Source: Octopus vulgaris
Lineage: Eukaryota
DNA length: 64,000 bases
Reading direction: 5' to 3'
NCBI GenBank assembly: GCA_951406725.2
Contig: OX597831.1
Span: forward strand, 68,076,001-68,140,000
Both the position numbers and the translations under genes were made by a program. Below are positions 28,105 through 39,637 of this stretch, piece after piece. Under the pieces are notes generated by a model that was not told the origin of the DNA, searched no databases, and worked only from the letters and a program-made list of their open reading frames with translations. The first letter of the stretch is position 1; every line of letters begins with the position of its first letter.

Positions 28105-29319
28105 ACATAGAAAAGAACATGACAATCACGAATGATGAGACATTTAAGATGCTTTGTGGGGTCAACTAAAAATTGGACTGAACAATAAAATCGAATGAAA
28201 TTACAATTACAATTACAAAGACACTTTTACAAATTGACAGAATGCAGTGGGGCGGGTCCGCGGACCCCACGCTCCCCGCCACGAACGTCAAATCAACGAC
28301 TGCTGAACGTCAATTCAACGACGACCAGCCTACCTTCCGGATCTGCAAAAATCAACTTTTTCCCAGAAACCCGGTTCTTTTTCACCAGGACCAACACCCC
28401 ACCTCCGCTGACCGACGGGTTCGGAGAGATAATTCTCTCGTAACCATCGAACAGCGGGAGCAGATCTCTTGGCCCCTTTAACCGGGTTTCTGTGGCAACA
28501 ACAACATCTAAATCCCGTGACCTGATGTCATTTAGGAAGCGCCCTTGCTTCCAGCTCGCCATCAGGCCACGTACATTTACGCACCCTACACAAATACGAG
28601 ACATTTTACTTACCTTTATGTCGGTGTCCTTGTTGGCCGGGGGGTGAAGTCCGCATTAATCAGTGACTCGTCCACTTCGAGTCGCGGACCCCTTATGTCC
28701 CCTGCAAACTGTGCATTTAACATATTAAAATTCATTACATCCAATTTGTGTATTTCTACGTTTTTATGTAGATTTCTGTAGGTTTTTATTTTCTCAGCGC
28801 TAGGTATGTTTCCCATTGCGCTTCTAAGTCTGTCATTGTCCTTGTTTATTGCAACATATACAATTTGGAATTCTGTAACTCTTTTTTGTGGGCTTTGTGG
28901 GGGTGATGGGGAGGAGGAGTTTTTCCTTTTGTGGAGTACCGTGTTTGGGTGGGGTGGGTTTCCCCTCCTGGGTGTTACTCTATTTTGTACTATGATTGGG
29001 TATATTTAGGTCCGTATTTTTTCTTTTTTTCATTTTTCTGGGTATCACGAAATCGTCATCCCCCTCTTGTTTTTTTCCTTCTTCTGTTTCAGTCGTTTTC
29101 TTCCTCCTCTCCTCTTCTTCAGCTTTTTTCCTTGCTTCTTCTTCTTCTTTCTTGCGGGTGGGGCATTCTGCTCGGATGTGGCCCTTTTCTCCACACCCGT
29201 AGCATCTGGGCTTACGCCCTTCGACCACCACCCGCAAGTTTATTTCGTCGTCGAAATTAATGCACTCAGGCACCTCCTCTAACGTTTCCGGCACCGCTTG
29301 CACTATTATTTGTAAAGCT

Positions 29320-29921
29320 TGTAGTCACCCTATACAACAGCGCGCGCGCGCAACGCCCTCTCGCGAATACACGAAGTCCGAAAGAGGGAATTTTGCTGAC
29401 GTGGCCTTAGCTGACGTGGCCTTGCTGACGTGGCCTTAGCAAGGGAGCGTGAGCCTTAACAAAGAGGCAAGGGAGCGTGAGCCTTAACAAAGAGACAAGG
29501 GAGCGTAAAGGTTGACCATTAGCGTCCGACAGACAGCGGCAGGCATTTCACCAAAGCAGACGTTTAATTCGCTCTCTCTCCGGTTTTGATAGCAGCAGTC
29601 TTTTGGCCGAAGACTTTTAACCTGAATTGTTGCAGACATCATCTTCTTCCTCCGGACGCCATTTTGGACCCGCTCTGTTTTTGGCGGCTGAACATTGTAA
29701 ATAGTACAATCGATTAACTTTCAGCCTTGCGCGCCCAGAACCTAGGACATCAGATATACCACTGAATTCTCACCGGTATAAAACAATAAAGTATATCTAT
29801 TTTTTACGTCTGCGTTTTGTGTTTCTTTGACTGGTAGAGTCTGGATATAAAAGCAACGGAAAGTGATTGCACCAACTTGCACCCCAAAAGTGCAAGCGGA
29901 GATATTCACATATTCGTTACA
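29320..29921 (+). repeat. 5' LTR
   Basis: tgtagtcacc...ttcgttaca; internal tandem repeats gctgacgtggcctt x3 and caagggagcgt x3; AATAAA. Confidence 0.95.
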
Positions 29922-29922
29922 G

Positions 29923-29932
29923 TGGTGACCCC
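29923..29932 (+). promoter_or_regulatory. Primer-binding site complementary to the tRNA-Trp 3' end
   Basis: TGGTGACCCC 1 nt after the LTR. Confidence 0.8.
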
Positions 29933-30357
29933 AAAGTTCCAGAGAACACTCAACAAAAAAAGAAACAATCCAGTTTTTCTGCCAAGTCTGAAACACGACC
30001 AACCTGTTTTCCAGTCCCTTTCAACAGTTTGTTTCTTCATCTGCACTCACGCACGGAAGAGAAAAAAAAAAAAAGAGAAGAAATTTTTTTTTCTCGATTA
30101 AAACGCGACGAAGGTTGGTAAAAAACAAAAAAAAGAAAAGAAGTTTTTTTTTCTATTCTCTGTGCACACAGTACAAACAAAAAAAAAACATTTTTTTTTT
30201 GTAAATTGCACATTCAAAATTTATTGGTTCAATTGTTGCTCTTTCTTCCTTTCTTTTTTCCCTTTGTTTTTCCTTGTTTCGTCTGTTCAGCGTTGGTTCG
30301 TTGTCAGTTTTCTTTTTTCCATTTGACAGAGTCATCTAGTGAATAAAAGGCTACAAA

Positions 30358-31086
30358 ATGTTTATGGGTTCGTTACCTACTTTTACAGGTGATGTCACAC
30401 TGTGGTTTTCACAGTTAGAGACACAATTTCGTGCACAAAGTATTACTCCCGAGCAGCAGTTGGAAATCCTTTATGGTTGCATGCCGCCGCAACTGGCATC
30501 TTCAGCAAGGGACCTTATTACAGACCCTAGTCCAGGCGCTACTTATGCGTCTGTTAGATTAGAGGTTGAAAAAAGAAATACACGAAGCGAGGAAAGTCGT
30601 TTCAACGAGTTAATGGCAGATGAGCAACTAGGGGACAGAACTCCGTCAGAATTTTTACGAAGACTGAGGGAGTTAAGTGGTAATGCATCAGATGCCCCCC
30701 TCCTTCGGAAGATTTTTTTCTCGAGGTTGCCCGCCTATATACAGACCGTTTTGACAACCGGCTTAGAGACAAATACAGTGGACCAAATAGCAACGATGGC
30801 TGATAAGATGGTTGAATTTGCCGTTCAACCATCGTCACGGTCTGTTTGTGCCTGTTCACAGACCTCTTCGGCCTCAATTGAGGGGCTTTTTAAACTAATA
30901 GAAACCCTCACTAAAAGGATGGACGCGATGTGTCGCGATGGTAAGCGATCTTCAAAATCGCGAAGTCGCAGTCGTTCATCCTCGAGATCAAAACAGTCTA
31001 AGTCTGGACTGTGTTGGTACCACTCCAAGTATGGAGAGAATGCACATAGGTGCACACAGCCATGCACTTATAAGTCTTTAAACTAG
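30358..31086 (+). CDS. gag: Gag with CHCC zinc knuckle
   Basis: 242 aa; LPTF..D..LWF.QLE..F, LGDRTPSEFLRRL, CWYHSKYGENAHRCTQPC (C-X2-H-X9-C-X3-C). Confidence 0.9.
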   Translation: MFMGSLPTFTGDVTLWFSQLETQFRAQSITPEQQLEILYGCMPPQLASSARDLITDPSPGATYASVRLEVEKRNTRSEESRFNELMADEQLGDRTPSEFLRRLRELSGNASDAPLLRKIFFSRLPAYIQTVLTTGLETNTVDQIATMADKMVEFAVQPSSRSVCACSQTSSASIEGLFKLIETLTKRMDAMCRDGKRSSKSRSRSRSSSRSKQSKSGLCWYHSKYGENAHRCTQPCTYKSLN

Positions 31087-31118
31087 ATTCGGAGAATTTG
31101 AGCACGTCAACTTCCTCC
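31077..31118 (+). promoter_or_regulatory. Predicted -1 ribosomal frameshift signal
   Basis: T TTA AAC right before the gag TAG; 7-nt spacer; hairpin GGAG...CTCC (31091-31118); the -1 frame is open into pol. Confidence 0.75.
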
Positions 31119-34100
31119 ACAACATTTTCTGGTTATCGTGCATTCTTTGTTAAAGATCTAGTGTCGAAGAAAAACTTCATGATAGACACTGGTTCTTGTT
31201 GCAGTATTTGGCCTCTGCGTTGCACAACTGACAGGCCAAAGCGATCTAACGTCATCTTGCACGCTATTGACTCGTCACCAATAGCCACATTCGGTCAGAT
31301 GTCGTTGCGCCTTGATATTGGTCTTCGACGAGACTTTCAATGGGTTTTTGTCATTGCCGACATTCCGCATCCTATTTTAGGTGCGGATTTTCTGGATAAA
31401 TTTGATTTGTTGGTAGATGTCAGACGTCGGAAGTTGGTCGATAGTTCGACTACACTCTCCACGCCGACCGGAGAATCTACCAATTTAGCTCTTAGCCCGA
31501 CATTTTTTGTCGGTACATCTGGAGATGTTTTTCACTCTCTTTTAGCTTCTTTTCCAGAGCTATATGATGTTACCTTTAGGGTGGCTAAGCCATTGCATTC
31601 AACACGACACTTTATAACAACAACTGGACCTCCTGTTTTTTCACGTCCAAGGCGTCTTGCACCTGATCGACTTAAAACTGCTAGGGCTGAGTTTGAGCAC
31701 ATGCTCCAGCTCGGTCTGATACGCCCCTCCACCAGTCCATGGGCATCTCCCCTTCATTTAGTAAGAAAAGGGGATACAGATTTTCGCCCGGTGGGAGATT
31801 ATCGGCGTCTAAATTCGGTGACGATTCCAGACAAATATCCCATAAGGATTTTAAACGATTTTTCGGCAAATTTACATAGCTGTACTATTTTTTCTAAGGT
31901 TGACCTGATACGTGCCTACCATCAAATACCGGTCAACTCAGACGATATTCCTAAAACAGCAATTACTACTCCTTTTGGCTGTTTCGAATTTTTATTTATG
32001 AGTTTTGGTTTGAGGAATGCCACTAGTACTTTCCAACGGTTTATAGATGAAGTTGTTCGCGGACTGGATTTTGTGTTCGCGTATGTCGATGACATTCTAA
32101 TCGCAAGTGATACGCATGAAAATCATCTCCTGCACTTGTCTCAGCTTTTTCAGCGTCTTCGCGACTATGGTGTTCGCATTAATCCAGACAAGTGTGTTTT
32201 TGGGCAACCATCTCTTAATTTTCTCGGTCATTATATTGACTCGAGAGGAATCAAACCACTCTCATCCAAAGTCGATGCTATTCAACGCATCGCACCACCT
32301 TCTTCTTTGCGTCAACTTCGCCATTTTTTAGGCATAGTAAATGTCTATAGACGTTTCATAGATCGGTGTGCGGACAAGTTGTTACCTTTAACACAAATGC
32401 TAAAGGGCAATTCCAAGAAGGACGCCCGTCTGACTCTTTCGGCTGAAACACTGTCTGCCTTTGAGTTGGTTAAAAAGAAACTAGCTTCAGTCCCTATTTT
32501 GGCACATCCGGCTCCTAATGCTCCACTTACTTTATCTGTGGACGCATCAGAGTCTGCAATTGGCGCTGTTTTGCAGCACACCGTAGAGGGTGAAGTTAAA
32601 CCTTTAGCTTTCTTTTCTTGTCAGCTAAAGCCAGCTGAACGCAGATATAGTACCTTTGATCGAGAGTTACTAGCGATCTATGTCAGTTCGGCATTTTCAA
32701 CACCAGCTCGAGGGACGAGAGTTTGTGATTTATACTGATCACAAGCCCCTTACTTTTGCATTGTCTTCTAAAACGGATAAACTCTCTCCTCGTGCTTTCC
32801 GTCACCTGGACTATATTTCTCAATTTACAAGTGACATTAGGCATGTGCCAGGCAGTGAGAACGTCCCTGCAGATGCTCTCTCTAGACTCCCTGTCAATTC
32901 CATTTCCTCTCCTGCAGCAATTGATTTAACTGCTATTTCGCAGGATCAACCACCTTTAGAGGAGTTGGATTTAACTTCGCCTAAGTTTATTAACTGTAAG
33001 TTTGACTACCTTCCGCTCCCTACAGCGGAAGGCTCTATTCTTTGTGACGTTTCTACCAGTTCACCTAGACCATTAGTACCTGAGAAACATCAACGTTCTG
33101 TGTTTGATGCTCTTCATTCACTGTCACATCCAGGTATCTCTGCCACAGTAAAGCTTGTTACTGCTCGTTTCTTCTGGCCCAATATGCGACGATCAATTAC
33201 CTCTTGGGCACGCTCTTGTTTGAGGTGCCAGAGTGCTAAAGTCCATAGACACGTTCGTGCTCCACTTGGACAATTTTCCTCTCCTGAAGCCCGTTTTCGC
33301 CATATCCACCTTGATTTGGTTGGACCATGGCCTGTGAGTCGCGGGTTCTCATACATTTTTCACGCTGGTCGGAAGCTATTCCTATAGCAGACATTTCAGC
33401 TGAAACTGTTGCGAGGGCTTTCGTATCTAATTGGATTTCGAGGTATGGTGTACCGTACAGTTTAACCACAGATCGTGGTCGACAATTCGAGTCTGCATTG
33501 TTTCGTGAGTTATCACGAATCCTGGGGATGCATCACATACGCACCACAAGTTACCACCCCGCTTCTAATGGGATGGTGGAGCGTTTCCATAGGCAACTTA
33601 AGGCCGCTTTGCGTGTCTCGCCGAATCCACAGACATGGACTGAATTTCTACCGATCGTCCTGCTTGGATGTCGGACTGCGATTAAAGCAGACCTTGGTTT
33701 TTCGTCTGCCGAGCTCTTGTATGGTACCACACTGGCATTGCCTGGTACGATGTTGGTGCCAGACAAGTCACAGTCTCTTAATTTAGAGTCTTATGTTGCT
33801 CGATTACGCAGATATTTTTCTGCCCTTCCTCCTATGGACCCTCGACACCAAAATCCTCCTTCTAGTGTGCCATCAGACCTTAATTCTTGGACGCATGTTT
33901 TTATTCGTGATGATTCTGTCAAAGGACCTCTTGTTTCTCCTTATAAAGGACCTTTTCGTGTGATTTCTCGCACGCCGAAGGTATTCAAACTTGAAATTAA
34001 CGGTCGTTCGGAGACCGTCTCCGTAGATCGTCTTAAAAGGGCATATTTTGAGGTGTCCACATCTTTTAATGACCCCACTGCTACAACCATCGTTGAACCT

Positions 34101-34268
34101 TCACATGCACCTTTGACAACACCACTATTTACACATGCACCATTATCAACACCAACATCGACAACACCACCTTCGTCGTCGCAGCCTGCCTCGAACAGAC
34201 CTTATGTTACGAGGTCAGGCAGAACTGTTCACTGGCCGAAAAAACTTTCCAAAACTATTCATATTTGA
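31080..34268 (+). pseudogene. pol: Pol (protease-RT-RNase H-integrase) with two disabling frameshifts
   Basis: IDTGS; DYRRLN, FGLRNA, YVDD; VDASE, ELLAI, TDHKPL; HH-CC, DLVGP, TDRG, NGMVERFH, PYKGPF; frames break near 32683 and 33360. Confidence 0.92.
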
Positions 34269-34475
34269 CATTTTCAATTGACTTCCCAGTGACAGTTCAG
34301 TACTCATTGAACTTTGCTCATTTTGAGTATTTTTTCTCTTTTTACCTTTAAGGTGAATTTTTTTTTTTTTTTTTTTGCTGTTTAATGTATTATATTGTGT
34401 GCTATTTTTGGTTATCTGGTGTCCACCTTGAGTTTTATGGTCACTACAAGGAATTGTTGTTCGTGCTTAGGCACT

Positions 34476-34484
34476 GGAGGGGAG
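34476..34484 (+). promoter_or_regulatory. Polypurine tract
   Basis: ggaggggag 3 nt before the 3' LTR. Confidence 0.75.
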
Positions 34485-34487
34485 CTT

Positions 34488-35092
34488 TGTAGTCACCCTA
34501 TACAACAGCGCGCGTGCGCAACGCCCTCTCGCGAATACACGAAGTCCGAAAGAGGGAATTTTGCTGACGTGGCCTTAGCTGACGTGGCCTTGCTGACGTG
34601 GCCTTAGCAAGGGAGCGTGAAGTCTTAACAAAGAGGCAAGGGAGCGTGAGCTTTAACAAAGAGGCAAGGGAGCGTAAAGGTTGACCATTAGCGTCCGACA
34701 GACAGCGGCAGGCATTTCACCAAAGCAGACGTTTAATTCGCTCTCTCTCCGGTTTTGATAGCAGCAGTCCTTTGGCCGAAGACTTTTAACCTGAATTGTT
34801 GCAGTCAAATCTTCTTCTTCCTCAGGACGCCATTTTGGACCCGCTCTATTTTTGGCGGCTGAACATTGTAAATAGTACAATCGATTAACTTTCAGCCTTG
34901 CGCGCCCAGAACCTAGGACATCAGATATACCACTGAATTCTCACCGGTATAAAACAATAAAGTATATCTATTTTTTACGTCTGCGTTTTGTGTTTCTTTG
35001 ACTGGTAGAGTCTGGATATAAAAGCAACGGAAAGTGATTGCACCAACTTGCACCCCAAAAGTGCAAGCGGAGATATTCACATATTCGTTACA
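34488..35092 (+). repeat. 3' LTR
   Basis: Near-identical to 29320-29921. Confidence 0.95.
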
Positions 35093-35988
35093 AGCTTGTC
35101 CCTTCCAATTCTCCTTCTGGGTTCTGACAATGTTTATGATATTAATTTTTTCTTTCAGTCCCATAAATAGGGCTGGAATGAGGCTTTTTACCTCAATTTC
35201 CGGTAGTATATCGTCTATTTTAATTTTTATTGTTCTTCTCCCCATATACGAGGGGAGAAGAATTATGTCTGTAGTTTTTAAAGGGTTGATCAAGTGTTTC
35301 CTCGCCTGTTCCTCCTCTTTAAAGTAAACCATTATCGTTGCATATTTCTTACCCGATGTAACGAAATCAATGTCTGTCCATATTGGTTTGAGACACTTTT
35401 CGGCCTGCTCCTTTGTTATTTTTTCTATTTTTCTTTCCTTAATTACAAACGATTTAAAAATTACCGTTTTCTTTATGGTCCTGGTTTTTATTTCTTGTGG
35501 GAGGGTGGCTTTTATGTTGTTCCCCTCCCGTTTGTACCTGTCCTTGTATTTGTCATATTCAATGTCTTTAGGTTTAATTTTTTCGGTTTTTCTGCCTGCT
35601 GCGGCTGCGCAGTTAACCGTTTTTTTTCACGTTTTCAACTGCTGGTACAGTTGTTTCCGAATTATCTGCTTTCAACATATTTTTTTCCTTTGTAGGTGAA
35701 CCTACAATATTTTCTTTTTTTGAAGGTGAACCTTCATTGACAAAATGTTCAACTGTTTTTTCCATTTTCACGCAAGTGGATTTTTTTTTTGTTAGATTGT
35801 GTCAAAACACACAATATGTTTCACAATGTTTCCCCTCCTTAAAGGAGGGGAATAACAAAGTTCTCTGGTTCACAAACCAGTCAAAAGTTTAATACAACGT
35901 TTTAACAACAAATTTTCAACAAGGTAAATCAAACACAATTATTAACAATTTTAGCTTACTTTCAAAACACAACTGACGCCTTCAAAAA

Positions 35989-36030
35989 TTCTTTGCCGAA
36001 TTTCAAATTCTTTATTACCCACTAGGGGCG
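35989..36030 (-). repeat. 42-bp LINE junction repeat, copy 2
   Basis: ttctttgccgaatttcaaattctttattacccactaggggcg, between the two LINE copies. Confidence 0.95.
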
Positions 36031-36243
36031 ACATAGAAAAGAACATGACAATCACGAATGATGATACAATAAGATGCTTTGTGGGATCAATTTAAAAATT
36101 TGACTGAACAATAAAATCGAATGATATTACAATTACAATTACAAAGACACATTTACAAATTGACAGAATGCAGTGGGGCGGGTCCGCGGACCCCACGCTC
36201 CCCGCCACGACACTTAGACTTGTGTTTACTTTTTTTTCCAGGT

Positions 36244-39200
36244 CTATCTCGCATTTGTGAGGGACCTTTTATTCGCCACATTCTTCCACCTTTCATCGAA
36301 CACTTTCTTACTCAGGCTCCTCCTCTCCAGTTCTATTTGTCTTTTCAGGTGGAATTTGAAGTATTCCACAAGACTAGAACCGGAGATGAAGTCGCCTGTT
36401 AGCATCCCTTTCACCCGCGTCTTCCATACTGCCTGTTTCGCAATTGAAACCACAGAGAGAAAACAATTCTTACCTTCTTTCGTTAAGAAATCAGGTGGGC
36501 TGATTTTCACAATGGATTCGGCTGATAGCTGTACTCTTCCTCCACTTGACATCAGTTGTTCGGCATAAACCCACATGTCTGTCACCTCCGGGCACTGCAC
36601 GATCGCGTGCGAGACGGTTTCCCCGTCTCGCCCACTTCTCGCGCAGGTCGGGCTGACTGGGGCACCATGCCTTGCGAGTTTATCTCGAACAGGTAAGGCT
36701 CCTCGGTAACACTGCCAAACCAAAGACTTCTGGAAATTATCCAGTGCCTTCGGCCCGAATGTACGTTGGAACAGACTGGCCAGCTGATTATCGTCGAAAC
36801 CTAGGGTTTCCCCTAGCGTATCATCGTTACCGGCCTCTACAAAACCTCTATAAAACACAGCGGTAGAACCACTGCCGCAGGCATTGCCCGAGCGACGGAA
36901 TAGTCGGAGTGCCGCAAGGCACTCCGTGTACCATGTACCCAACTTCGATCTACGATTATACCAGTCTTCCCGTCCACCGAAACTGGTGAACCTGGGAAAC
37001 ATCTGCTTCGCCAGCGGAGACCACACCCGTTCACCATCCAGATGGAGCCACAGGTGCCTTAGCCTTAGCGCATTTCTGCTCATCATTAGCCACGGCATCC
37101 CTAGTCCACCCTGTAACGGTTTTTGACAACAAATAGAGCGTTTCACAAGTGGTTTCGAGCCCTTCCACAAAAAGTGAAAGAGCTGTCTCTCCAACTTGTT
37201 CAACCACGAATCCGGGCAAGGCACGACGGCAAGGCGGTAGGTGATCACCGATGCGATAAACACATTGGCTACCTCCGCCCTACCTTTCAGGGATAACCAC
37301 CGCCAAGACCAGGTCTTGACTACTGCGGTCACCCTGCTCGATACCTCGCTCCAGTTCTTCTCTATTTGGAGGCCTGGTCCAAACCAGACCCCGAGCAACT
37401 TAATCGGGCCCTCCGTCCAACGTCCCACGACGCTGTCTGGAGGCATCGACTTGCCTCTCCAGGTGCCGAGTTGCAAGCCGACTGACTTTTCACGATTAAC
37501 CTTTGCTCCTGTCACCGTCTCGTAAACCTCTATGGCCTTGCCTACTTTACGTAGGAGGTCCATTTCGGTCACGATGATAGTGATGTCATCCGCGTACGCC
37601 GAAACCGACATTCCACGACCTGGCTGCCTCGGGATGCCACTCAGTTTTCGCAGCAGCGGCTCGAGAGCCACTACATACAAAAGCGGGGAGAGCGGACATC
37701 CCTGACGGACCGAGCGTTTGACCTTGAACGGCTTAGAAATAAAGCCGTTCACCCGAACTACCGAGTCGACGTTGTCATACAATTGTATGATCCACCTGAG
37801 GAAGCAAAGACCCAGGTCGAACTGAGCCAGGACGGACACCAGGTAACGATGGTCGACCCTATCGAAAGCTTTTGACTGGTCTAAATGGACCACTGCTCCT
37901 CCCTTGCCGGGATCATTATCCATTCCCTCTATCGTGTATCTAATTAGATGGAGATTATCCTGAATGGTTCTGCCCAGTACGGCGCACGTTTGCACTTTCC
38001 CGATCAGTCCATTCGCGACACGCGCCAATCTGTTCGATAACACTTTGGCCAAAATCTTCAACTCTGCGTTAAGCAGAGTGATGGGCCTGAAATTATCAAT
38101 GACGTCCCCCTTGCTCTGGTCCTTCCTGACTAGTGTCACCACTCCCCGGCGCACAGATCTGGGTATGAACCCATTCTGCTGCCAGTTCGCGTAGACGTCC
38201 GCCAGTAAGTCCCCGAACAAGTCCGGCATACTTTTATAAAGCTCGTAGGGCAGACCATCCAGTCCCGGCGCCTTACCCGCACCGCAGTCTGCCATGGCCT
38301 CCATTACCTCCTCAGGCGTGATCGGCTTCTCACTACACTCCGCATCCTGCCCCGAGAGGCGCGGCAGTCCGTCAAGAAGGTCCGTTAGGTCCCTCCTCTC
38401 ATCCGGCCCGCCGCCACCCCCAAAGAGCTGGGCGAAGTGGTCCTGAAAAGCTTGACACATCTCCTCGGGCTCGTCTGTCAACTTACCTTGTTGGTTCGTC
38501 AGAGATCGAATTGTGGCATCGTTACCACGTTGGGCTTCCACCACTCGGGCCCATCTCGCGGCATTAATTCCTTCGCTCCCCATTGTACGTTGTCTAGCTC
38601 TGACAATGCAACCCATGTGTTTGGCTTCGAGGTGCTGGTTTAAAACCAGTCTCTTGGCCTTCACCTGAGCCGCGTTGCCAGTTCGCATTGCTTCCTCTAG
38701 GTCCTTAACTAGAGTAGTTTCTTTTCTAGCCTCTCTAGCTACGAGATCTATACTATATCTAATAGACTCATATCTTATGGCTCGCTTGAGGGCATACCAC
38801 CATTTGTTATTGATAATGGAGCCGGTCATGGCCCTCTGGATCATTAACCTAATCCTGTCACTGTACTCCTTAATCGCCAAAAGGGACGTATTAAGTTTCT
38901 AGTAACCAGGACCTCTATTTATCTTATCTACGTCTAGCTTACAGGTGACCATCTTGTGGTCATTTTGTAGCTGACTATGTGGAGCTGTGGACTCTTAACT
39001 AGGTTTCTATCTACCTTCCTAATTAAAATCCTGTCTATGTATGACCTTGACGATCCGTCGCTGTTTGTCCATGTCCACAATGGAGCGTCCGGATGTTCCA
39101 GTCTATATGGATCTACCAGCTCAAAACGTCTTAGTAGATCCAGGAAGCAAGCATCTCTTTCCTGTCTGTTTGCGAGCCTACACAGTCTACCCGCACATTG

Positions 39201-39637
39201 CAGATTGTGTTGTAGTCTCCTAACATTACTAAAGGGCACGATGTACTGAGAAACTTCTCCAGGTTCCGAAAATACTCACTATTCCCCTTATTATTGGGGG
39301 CGTAAACCGCAACCAGTCTGATTGTCTTACGACTGCTGAACGTCAAATCAACGACGACCAGCCTACCTTCTGGATCTGCAAAAATCAACTTTTTCCCAGA
39401 AACCCGGTTCTTTTTCACCAGGACCAACACCCCACTTCCGCCGACCGACGGGTTCGGAGAGATAATTCTCTCGTAACCGTCGAACAGCGGGAGCAGATCT
39501 CTTGGCCCTTTTAACCGGGTTTCTGTGGCAACAACAACATCTAAATCCCGTGACCTGATGTCATTTAGGAAGCGCCGTTGCTTCCAGCTCGCCATCAGGC
39601 CACGCACATTTACGCATCCTACACAAATACGAAACAT
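36244..39637 (-). pseudogene. LINE ORF2 (APE endonuclease + RT + C-terminal zinc finger), disrupted
   Basis: NVRGL, VYAPN, GDYN, SYIDR; KAPGLDG, FRPITLLN, LDQSKAFDRV, RQGCPLSP, YADD; ETVSHAIVQC. Frameshifts near 39160 and 38965, stop in GY*KLN near 38900. Confidence 0.9.

Larger units (their letters stand above)
29320..35092 (+). mobile_element. Full-length Ty3/Gypsy LTR retrotransposon, CsRn1/Kabuki-like clade
   Basis: TG...CA LTRs of 602 and 605 bp, 4-bp TSD AGCT (29316-29319, 35093-35096), PBS, PPT, gag with CHCC motif, PR-RT-RH-IN order. Confidence 0.95.
28105..35988 (-). mobile_element. L1/Tx1-type LINE copy 1: RT deleted, ORF1 interrupted by a Gypsy element
   Basis: Colinear with copy 2; APE N-terminus (CVNVRGL..TET, 28293-28604) joined directly to the 3' UTR; ORF1 CCHC CYGCGEKGHIRAEC in 28980-29303; rest of ORF1 at 35093-35860. 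Confidence 0.9.

Noticed and set aside
29395-29507. Short direct repeats reminiscent of a CRISPR array
   Set aside because: Contiguous tandem repeats inside an LTR, with no unique spacers and a eukaryotic context.
34913-35332. 139-aa ORF fusing LINE ORF1 to antisense LTR sequence
   Set aside because: By-product of the Gypsy insertion; no evidence of function.
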